In this document: one piece after another, positions 53,896 through 64,000 of the stretch
How positions within the stretch are numbered: the stretch's first letter is position 1
How the letters are laid out: each line of letters begins with the position of its first letter
Source: Saccostrea echinata
Taxonomy: Eukaryota
Assembly (NCBI RefSeq): GCF_033153115.1
Contig: NW_026889774.1
Coordinates: 6,386,001-6,450,000 of the forward strand
DNA length: 64,000 nucleotides
Direction: 5' to 3'
Notes under the pieces: model-generated
The model's input: the letters and a program-made list of their open reading frames with translations, nothing else
Told to the model about the DNA's origin: nothing
The model's database searches: none
Made by a program: the position numbers and the translations under genes

Positions 53896-56800
53896 GCATA
53901 CAACTTTTTACACAATTATTTCAAGTTTAAGTTAGAATTATTTTGTGACAAAAAGCATCAGAATCATCGATTTTGAAAGTACGTTCAATTTTAAATCGCT
54001 ATTTTATTTAAAGCAATCGCTTTGTTAATTTATATTTATGTCCATGTTTATGGTTAATAGTATATTTTTAACATATCCTATGTGACAATGAAGCCAGTTT
54101 GTGAAACATTGTAAAGGATAATGGATATTGACAAATCAGAATCAATGTTGTTTAAAGAGTCTGCAAAATCAATCACTCACAGTGCCGTAAATGTTCCAAT
54201 GAATTATTTTTACAGCAATTTCTGACTCGTCATGCGAGTTTCCAGCGGATCTAAGAGGAGCGTGGATCAGCTCTGACAAAGGATTCCTAAGATTTAGCGA
54301 GTCTGTTATTTATGATTATCACGTCATTTTACCTGGAGTGACGTCAGTCGACTTCATCTGTACAGAAAATAATGGGACACACTACCTGCTCAAGTAATTA
54401 GCGTTTCTTCTTTTATCTGTTCTCTTTTTTCTCTTCTATTGTCACCTATGGAATTATGTACATTCAGTGTAGTTTATTTTATGAAATCTATTTGAAATCT
54501 ACAGCATTCAACACCCTATAGCACACACGAAACCTTGTCATGTCGTGGTAGAATACACAATAGGAACTATATACACTAGAAATACTAAAATGTATATTTT
54601 TGGCTAAATCTAATTAAAAACAATTACTTTATTAGATTGTTGTAAAAACATAACAATTCTACATTTAAGATTAATTTGTCATTTTCCATCGCGATATTCA
54701 TTTGCGATATTTAAGGAATGACTGTCTAGTATGTTGGGTATGCCAGGGCATCAACGATAGTTGGAAACGTGGGATAATTTGCATAACGCTCGAAGCCCGT
54801 TATGCATTAATTATCCCACGTTTCCAGCTATCGTTGATGTCCCTGGCATACCCAACAAACTAGACAGTGATTCCCTATATTTACGTTTATATGTGAAATA
54901 AAATTGTAAATATAAATCTAAAAATGCGGTCTAATAGATTTTAAATACACGAGGCCTCACATGTTCATTTCAGTAGTCCCCGCCGACTGACGTCAGACAC
55001 AAACAGCCGCACGAGATTGACATGCATATAAGGCTCCTGATCTTTCACCTGACGAAATTACATTCCGGTTGAATTATCAAGAAATCATTCCACCTAACTT
55101 TCAAAGAGTTATCACATATAAAACAATTAGAAATGGAAATATTTAACTATCTACGTCAGAATGGCTCTTGCATCTATTAACCATACCAGTTAAGCTCTCA
55201 AAGGCGCTACATTCATAATAAAGATGAATGAAATTAACATTATGAAAATTGTGTAAATATTATAAGCATTGCATGTCATCAGTCGTATATCAGCACTTGT
55301 CCGTGGCGAAAAATTATCATGCCGCACGTTAACTGCGCTAACACGCGGCCAGGTGCTGTTATACGACCGACGACATCCAAAAAGCCATAAAAGAATTTAA
55401 TTCTTTAATTATTGCTATTGTTTTGAATGGAATATCAATCATATACAAGGTATCAATAAGATGAAATGTAATTATCATATGATTTTAATATGTTTTACAA
55501 CAACAATTGGTCGCCCGCGTGGCGCAGTGGTTATTGCGTCTAGCTGCTCTACAGTCGCAGAGTAAGGAGCTGATCCTTACGTCGCGGGTTCGAATCCACT
55601 GAGGGACGTGGAGACCGGTTCTTCGCATGTGACCGTAAAAATGTCGCAGTAGGTGTTGGCACGAAAAAGAACCCTCACTCTGCTCAATGGCCTTGAGTGC
55701 CAAGTATAGGTATTTTGCAGCCCTCCACCGGCAAGTGGTGGCGTCTCCATATGAGTGAAATACTCTCGAGAGGGACGTTAAACAACAAACAAACAAACAA
55801 ACAACAACAATAGCATAAAAATTACAGTAAGTATTATGTTAAAAGTGCATGCTACATGTATATGTAAAATAATTTATTTCTCATTTTACTACAGATCTGA
55901 AAGAGATATCAACGTGTTTTCCATGGAAATGAGCGTGTACATTTGCCTTAGTTTTGAACAAGTTAGATTTGACAATTATATTTATTACGTTTCGACACCC
56001 ATAGAGTCCACGGTCAACGAGAGTGTATATGCTAATTCAAATCTTTTAAACGTATCCATGAATGATGTTTGTAGTCTTCCCCAGACAACAGACAACATGC
56101 ATAGCCTAATCAAAAATGGTAAGAAATGTTAATTATTGTGATTAGGTTACTTATTTTAAAAATTTCTCCACACAATAATAGTTTTAAGACTTGATTTAAC
56201 AAAATGTAAAATAAGAAAATGATTTCCAGAACTCAATTCTTTACAAACGTAATATAAAGTGTTTATAAAAAAAAAATACATTACAGCGTTTGGAGTTAAT
56301 GTAAGAAAAGAAAATTTGCCTTCATATTTTATAAATTAAAAAAAAGACAAACAATGCTTCAGATTTTTGACAACAAACTTCTTTCATAGTGTCGACTGAT
56401 GATATAGTTAGTATCGAGTGTCCCAACTTTTTACGGAAATCCTTTACGAACCTTAACACCGAGGAAAATGGTATGGAAAACGTGTGTGTAAATGGTAGTA
56501 TCAACGGATGTTTGAAGAACACTCAGCTCGTTATCACAAGTCCATCTTGCCATTCCAGTACACAAATTCCAGGTACATAGGACATACATCATCATTCTTA
56601 CACTCAACATTTATTTTCATGATACACATCTATACTTATAAATTAATAAATTTTGCAAATAAACTCAGAAACGGGTGCACCAGAGTTCTTACTTACTCCT
56701 CTTACAATACACTAGACACAAGCTGATGTCCGTAAACTATATTTAGATTTCACTCGCATAGTAAGTATCGTACATTAAATTAAAAGTCTACTTTCATTTG

Positions 56801-59367
56801 CTATAAACAGCCATGAAATAGCTAAAACGTGAGTACGGTGGCGTTTCCGGTTGGCGGATCTAAGTTACTGGCAATTTTTAATGAAACTGACAACAAGCAA
56901 TCGTTTATTTATTACATAAAACGTCATCACTGAATTATTCAATCAAAACTCGATTTAAATGATATAAAAGAAATAAGTTGTGATAACCGATTAAAAAGGG
57001 AAATGTGCAAAATATTTTCGTCATTCGCCGATCTTTATATTGACGGAAGCTTCTAGAACATCATATAGCATCGAGCCCGATGTTAAGGGACAAAAAACGA
57101 GGCGATTATAGCTACATGACCATAAATAAAGCTTTTGTGTAAATGGTCATAATTGAAATAATGGTAAACCACTGATAACACTATATAAGTTGTAAATATA
57201 ATTAAATATCGAAAGACTATAACATATACATGTATGTAGTAGGTTTTCCTAATTAATTTATCGGTAAAATTTGTATATATTCCTTACTGAGCGCATCGTG
57301 GCAACGAACCCGAAGTACAATTTGTACTTCGTAATAAACTTGTATACATGAAAATAGAAAATTAATGAATAAAATAATGTTCAAATACAATTAAAGATGT
57401 AAAATTTTGCGCTTTAATCAATGCACAGTTAATTTCTGAATACAATCTTTTATAGCTGGAATAATGTAGCCCTCTCCTTTTTTCAGGGAGGGGGGGGGGA
57501 GGCCAGAAAATATCAGATCCAAAAAAAAAGAAAAAGAAAATCCGAGAGGGCTATAATCTTTTGTATCAAATACTCAGCCTATTCATAGGGCGTGAAAAGC
57601 TAATTTTTACACAGGTACTTGGTTCTTGGTTTATAAATATGTATGTACCTTATTGATAGGTAAAAAAGTAACGTACATTTTTACATATCAATAAGGTACA
57701 AACATATTTATAAACCAAGACCCAAGTACCTGTGAATTTTTACCCCCCCCCCAAAAAAAAATCAATTTATTAGTAACATGTGCATATTCGTTGCTTTTAT
57801 CCTTGACGGAAATGAAATAAGAGCATCTGAAGTACAATATCCATAACATAGTATAACAGGTTTCACAATAAACGTCAATTAATGAAATCGCATTTTTTCA
57901 AGTTAAAAAAAAACAAAAACAAAAAATGGGGGTTGGGGGGGGGTGTTGGATAGGTAAATCTACTTCATGCGGGATTTTGAACAAAGTATTTGTTCCTACT
58001 ATAAGCCTGTAGGCTGTCAGTAGAGAACTACAATATATTTTCTGTCGGTAGTGGTATAAATTCAATTCCCCGCGCTTGCGCGGGATTTCATCTAGTCTTT
58101 TCTATTTTAACGTACCAATCCAGGTATTTATACTTGATACTACAGCTAACTAGTATTTTGTTCTAATGTTTTTAGATAACCTTTCGGTGTACTGTCTATT
58201 TCATGAAACGGTAAATGACGTCACTTATTTGTATACGTGGACAGCTGACACTTTATCTATATCAAAAAGAGGTCATGGATTTATTTGTATTGTGAGTATG
58301 AAAAACCACTCCTTTCATTTGAGTTAAAACTTTAACATATACGAGGCAATATTGCTAGTAATAAACAACTTGAAGATAAGTAAACATGTCATATTCGCAC
58401 GTTTTTTTTTTTTTTTTTGGTTTTGTTTTGTTTTGTTTTGTTTTGTTTGTTTGTTTTTTACTTATAAATATATCCCAATTAGAGGTCTTATTCTGTCTCC
58501 AAAATTAAAATAGTAAATTAATCTGAAATTTGGTTGGAGTATCTTTCTTTTTATAAGGCTATTTTTATGTTAGGAAATCACCCATAACGAATCGTCTGCA
58601 ACTTTTCGGTTATTTAACGATACCTGCACAGATGCCTCAAAGAATACAGAATTTCTCAAGCTGAAGTCAAAAGAAATTCATGGTAAAGATTCAATTTTGT
58701 TTATTAGATTTCATTCGTGTCAATAATAATCAATATGAAAGTATGATTGGTTTTGATAGTTGATCAATCAATTATAAACACGCCTTATTATCCTACTTTT
58801 TTTCAGAAATCTGTCAATCAACGACGCCAGGTAAAGCGAACTTTTCTTTACAAAATACATGTAGATTGATTATTTTTATGCCAAACTGTGTTTATTTTCT
58901 CCTCCATTCTTACTTCTATCAGATGAAGAAAAATCTTTTAATCTCCATGACAAAGAGATAACAGAGAGCCGGAAATATCGAAATTGTTATTTGTCAAAAT
59001 ACGACACAGGACTGGATTCGGTCGAAATTCTTAAAATTTGTGAAAAGTTCTGTTATAAGTATATGTTATTCACAATAGATACGTATTTACGTTCATATAA
59101 ATATTTTGTTTTGCAGCCCCTCCACCTAATAGAGGAACGGGACATGCAAACACTCCGAAAACGAAAAAGAAGTCCACAAATTGGGCCATCTATTTTGCCA
59201 TTGTTGTCTGTATCATCATAATCATCGGTTTTATTGTTATCATTATAAAATTCTTTCGAAAACAAATGTGTGATTTCTTCACAAAGAAGCCTCCTCAACA
59301 AAGCGAGAAAGCTACTTTCTCAAACATTGCAGCTAATTCTACGGACACATTAAATACACACATATAG
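53790..59367 (+). CDS. Type I single-pass membrane protein, tandem paralog of 49341-52376, short cytoplasmic tail, ~379 aa (paralog B)
   Basis: Exons 53790-53844, 54216-54393 (CEFPADLRGAWIS), 55895-56118, 56390-56572, 58176-58291, 58574-58682, 58807-58830, 59117-59367. Total 1140 nt. Intron phases and Cys spacing match paralog A. TM segment WAIYFAIVVCIIIIIGFIVIII. Confidence 0.83.
53849..53893. repeat. (CT)n microsatellite immediately after the exon-1 donor of paralog B
   Basis: Direct reading. Confidence 0.95.
54708..54882. repeat. Near-perfect ~170-bp palindrome (hairpin MITE)
   Basis: GGAATGACTGTCTAGTATGTTGGGTATGCCAGGG...GCATAACG and CGTTATGC...CCCTGGCATACCCAACAAACTAGACAGTGATTCC. Confidence 0.85.
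55509..55811 (+). mobile_element. tRNA-derived SINE in intron 2 of membrane-protein paralog B
   Basis: A-box TGGCGCAGTGG and B-box GGTTCGAATCC. Shared 3' tail, (AAAC)n end, flanking ACAACAACAAT direct repeat. Confidence 0.82.
57610..57734. mobile_element. 125-bp hairpin MITE with an 8-bp TSD (AATTTTTA)
   Basis: AATTTTTA|CACAGGTACTTGG ... CCAAGTACCTGTG|AATTTTTA, with ~55-bp arms. Confidence 0.82.
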
Positions 59368-59798
59368 TATTCCAATAGCATTTTTGAACCAGTTTGAATA
59401 TAAATCAGAATAATAAGATTTGGATTTGGAAAGTATGATTATTCTGCAAACTTAATAGCTATAAAGCTATACATTTTGGACGAATATTTTAGACGAGTCA
59501 TTTGACGGTTAATTTCCACAATAATAAATTCAATTTAGATAACGTTAACACATGCAGAAACAATCACTTTCTTGTTAAAATGTAAATGTCTTTCATATTT
59601 TACATTTCATGCAATAAATGTCTATACAATAAAAGATTGTTCCTTTTATTTTAAGCTTCTTGAACTTTACGTGTAAGTATCTATTGCATACATGTAGGTA
59701 CGATATTACCAAAACATTGCCACTGAGATAAATTCAAAATCAAAACAATGAATTTATTACACATTTATTTGTCCAGGTAAAAATTTCAACGTAGACTT

Positions 59799-61301
59799 CT
59801 AACGTTTTTGAAAAGCTTTTCTTTTTTTCTTGGTACTTTTTTTCTTTTTTCTTCCAGTCTTAGAATTTTTCTTTTCCTTTGGTTTTTCCTTCACTGTAAC
59901 AACACCACCAGGATGTAGATGCTGATAACCAGAGACGTGGTTCGAAATTAATGGCAAATGAAAAGTTGTCTGTCGTCCATATCTGAGGGTGCGTTGAGAT
60001 TGCTTTGTGCTGGCAGTGGATGTACTTGGTGTATTCATGTATGCTTTATAGTCTAGAGGATGGATACCGGGTAAAGGTGGAAGATTTGACAATCGTGTAA
60101 AACTGAACCGGAAGGGCAAATCTGTATCACTGTCACTATCTAAAGAAACCGTGTCATAATCTGCAATGGAGTTATGTATCTTGAACGAAATAAACAACGA
60201 ACAGTTTATCTTTTGTGCGTTTTGGGAACAAGTAGTAAAAAGTTTTTTAAAACACGATTTTGAATGAATCTTTTGTGTGTCTCATATTTAAAAATTTCGC
60301 CAATCTTGTTTATATTTATGTTATTTAACAAATTAACAGAAGTGTATCCATTCTTTAGAAGAAAGACAGAACTGACAGATTTTTCACAGAAAGTTCAGTT
60401 CTGAATACGTCTTCCGAATATATTGTAAACACAACATGTCATTTTGACAATTATATTGAATTGCAGAGTTAAAAACTACTGTCAATTCAATATTCCGATG
60501 TTTCAATTTAATGTCCACTTCCCTGAACAATGTATTGATTTTTCCTTGCATCTTTCAATATCCCGTATACATATTTGTTTTCTACGTGTGACATTAGTGA
60601 GAAATATGACCATTTTTTCCCATTGAAAAGTTCACATGCTGTCATACACTTCTTTCAAAACTTTTCAATACTCTGACAAGGTTGAAACAAAACAATCATC
60701 AGATATATCAAATGATTACTTTTCCCTTGGCTAGATTAAAAAAAAATGATTTTGATAAAATTTCGCTCTCAATAAGTAAAGTATTTAATTTGAATATAAG
60801 AAGTAAAACAACATGCAGTATAACATCAATTAATGTCAATTTTGAAGGCAATGTCCTATGGTACATTGAACAACAGAAATGATATTTTGGTTTACAGAAA
60901 CACCTTAAACAGGCCATTCTGTGCAGAAAGAACTGGCTCCGAGGCCATAAAACTTAGATGAGCTCATTTTTATCTCAGTCTAGATCTCATACATGTATTT
61001 CTTCTGTTAATTCCTTTGGTAAAAGTGAGACTGAGAACAAAAGTGAGGTCGTCTAAGTTTTATGGCCCCGGAGCCTGTTCTCCTGCCTAAAGTTTCAGTA
61101 AGTTTTTTTCACAGATAGAAATAGTATTCAGTTATTTTCTTCTTTTTATATAGGTAACAGAAAAAAAGTCATTAAATTTTCAGGTAAATCGATCTTAATT
61201 TTTTTTTAACTTTCATCCTTACCTATAGAACTTGAGTATGCTGTTGATCGGGTAGAATGAACGATCCCGGAATTCAGATGTCTCGTTTGTGAGTTACCCA
61301 T
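59799..61301 (-). CDS. Small basic protein (~146 aa), MGNSQT N-terminus, Lys-rich C-terminus
   Basis: Exon 61301-61223 has an ACCATGG Kozak context, an upstream in-frame TGA and a GTAAGG donor. It joins in phase 1 to terminal exon 60160-59799 (DYDTVSLDSDSD...KKKKSTKKKRKAFQKR). A probable 5'UTR exon has a GTAAGT donor near 61525. Confidence 0.7.
60930..61080. repeat. Hairpin MITE in the intron of the small basic-protein gene
   Basis: GGCTCCGAGGCCATAAAACTTAGATGAGCTC ... GAGGTCGTCTAAGTTTTATGGCCCCGGAGCC. Confidence 0.75.
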
Positions 61302-64000
61302 GGTTTCTCTGATTCCAACCTTTCCCGAGCTACATCCAACCACATTTCCCAGTTTAAGAAGGAATACTGATCAGTGCAGTTAATGCACTACAGTAACTTT
61401 TGTAATCCCTGGAATTAATTCGAGTACATTAATAGCCATTACATTGCAATACGAAAACGTTAATTTTATGAAATGCGTTGTCAGTCAATCTCAAAAGAAT
61501 TCGCTCTGAGATCTAAGGAAACTTACCATTATTTTGGCATGCTGAAGGTACAAGAGCGCTTAATTGTTACGTTGTAGGAATTTAATCTTCTATAGGTAAA
61601 CACAGTCTCTAGCAATCATTGAGCGGATTAAGATAACCAGAATTAAGTAAACTACTTTTTGTATTAAGGCATGTATTGAGTTAATCAAATGCAATTTCAG
61701 AATACCAAGAATACTGTTTCTTAAAGATTGAAAAATATATAGTAGATACAGTGCACAATAAAAAGTTTCTTTGTCTGAAACTCATTTAATGGTAATTTCG
61801 CCAACGAATATTAATAAACTTTTGAAATATATTGATTCCTCCTTAGATTATAAATTAAAATAAATATCAGAATTAATAGCAATGTTTTTCCATACAAGAG
61901 AAATATACCATTTGTGCAGTCTTTAGATTGCCAGTATTATAACATCCTGTGTATTGTACTTGAAATTGTAAACAATTATGAATTGATTGAGAAAGGGAGA
62001 TTTGGATACGAGTTTTTCCTAATGTTAACATTTAGTCAAACATAGACTCTGTGCATGTAACCAGCTTGTAATATACGTAGAGGGGCAATTTGCTTTTTAA
62101 AAAATAGCCTTATTTAGAAAATACTGTTATTCTGTATATCATATTCATTTAAAGATATATTATAGAACTATCTATATTGCAGAACTATCAAATATAGCAA
62201 ATTCAAAACACAATGACATTGAAATTAAAATTCTTGTCTCTTTCAAATCATCATGTTTTAACTGAGCTAATTAGATTTATTTTATCTATTTGATTTGATT
62301 TGATTTCTGCAAAAAATACAGAGTAAATTACAGTGTATGCTTCTCATCTTAATTAAAAATGTGCATTTTTAAATTAATTAATTGTTCTAACATATGAATG
62401 TGAACATTCTAACGAGTGCTCTACCTTTGTTTGGTGGATATAGATGTAGAAAACCTTGGATTCTGTTGTCACTGAAGATATCAATATAATTACATTTGTA
62501 ATGACTACGTGGCTGTTCTGAATTGCTGAGTTGATAAAACAACTCTAATTAACATCTACTAATCTTTTTATTCTACTTAAATTTTGCATTTTTTTCATCC
62601 ATTCACAAGGCACATATGAAGATACCAATGAAATTGATATCCACGACTTCTGCAATTTCTCTGTAAATATTAAAGTCGTGTCTTATTATTTATGACTAAC
62701 CTCTGCGTTTGACTTTCATAATGTAGATTACTTTTTTTATATATATTGAGCTTTGTAAGCATTTTTCTGTTATTTATATTTGTAAATTTGAATCAGGTTT
62801 CTATAAATACATTTAAACTGAAAATATTTTTTAAAAAATATAATAAGAGCTTTCTATTAAAATGAATATTGATTTTACTCAACCCTTGTAATCATTTTAG
62901 AGCAGAATCTTTAACTGCTCCCAAATAATATGATTTTAACAACATTCAATCCAAAGGATACCTATTTAATTTCACTGATATATTTCCTTTAACGTAGGGC
63001 ATAATATGCATCTTTTTCTAGCAGATTTATTGTTGAAAGAGAAGAAAAGAAGCATTTTCTTTGTACAAATAATTAGATTTACTACATATCTGACACTTTT
63101 GCTGTCCAGTTCAATGCTGTACCTTTATAAAGGTGTAAATAAAACAAACAATTGAAGTCACCAACTTTATTATATTGATCCATTTCCTATAAATGTTAAA
63201 ATAGTTTCATAAAGTTCAACAACATAACAAACAACCAGCTCTATCAACAACCAGAACAAGTCTATCAGAAATTTTAACAAATTCGTAGTGAGAAACATCT
63301 TGACAGAGAATAGAAACAACCCATACTTCCATGAATAAGCCGAAAGGTACACGCTCCGATGGAATTCTATCGAAAGTCTCCAAAACCTAAGACACTTTAC
63401 CTGAAGACGTCTTCCTAATACTTAAAGAACCTAATTTCTTTCCAAATTACCTATAATTTGTACCCCCGACCAGACGAAATTGATAGTTCCCGCCTGTGAC
63501 AATGTGTCTGAATAAGTCGTTTTAAGCCTTACAAATTTAGACTCTTTCAATCTTCAGGCTTCATGAAGTTCGTCCAAGGCCATTGACTTTGATAATCGTT
63601 CATAGCAATAAAACGGAAAAGAAAACCCGTGAGTTGCATAATCTGGAGTATTCCAAAAATTTTTGACAAAAATACTTATATTTAATAATTTCAAATTTTG
63701 GCAAAGTGCGAATATGTTATTCTATGAGGGAGATAAATAATGTCAAAGGTAAGCTCGGAAGACAAAGTGAAAGGAAATATTATAGATTCTATGCTAGCTG
63801 TCTAGAAAATACCCGCAGATTTCCTTCATACAACTTCCTTTCTTAAAAGGGAATATTTCAAATTCGAAAATTATGCAATACATCTCTTACGTAATTGCAA
63901 AGACAAAACCCTTGATATACCTCCTGCAAAGATTGTAAACGAAATCAATACAGTGTGAGCTTTTAAAGCAATGTCCTAGTAACAAATATTTGCCATAAGG

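Noticed and set aside
63170-63420. Hydrophobic 60-aa minus-strand ORF near the window end
   Set aside because: No recognisable motif or consistent exon chain within the window.

Overview
AT-rich, intron-rich animal genomic DNA. The repeat content (HINE/Helentron-type elements with ~165-bp central arrays, tRNA-SINEs, Penelope-like 'LYDKRDDF' relics) points to a bivalve, probably an oyster; this is an inference. The ORF track is mostly misleading, so gene models were built by hand from GT-AG boundaries and phase continuity. (1) A minus-strand tandem cluster of four paralogous coiled-coil + MIEAP (SPATA18/Mieap C-terminal) domain genes spans about 5.0-38.1 kb. One is a long copy whose coiled coil is built from symmetric phase-2 cassette exons of heptad-multiple length. 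The other three are compact (258-271 aa), and one of them has precisely lost an intron. (2) A plus-strand tandem pair of signal-peptide, Cys-containing-ectodomain, single-TM proteins at 49.3-59.4 kb share a 24-nt microexon but have very different cytoplasmic tails. (3) A convergent 146-aa gene encodes an MGNSQT N-terminus and a Lys-rich tail. Intergenic and intronic DNA holds many non-autonomous DNA transposons, including a 2.6-kb foldback element with ~0.9-kb arms and a four-level nest at 42-45.6 kb, plus a Tc1 relic, SINEs, Penelope-like relics and a hammerhead-ribozyme-like motif. No rRNA, intact tRNA or CRISPR array was seen.
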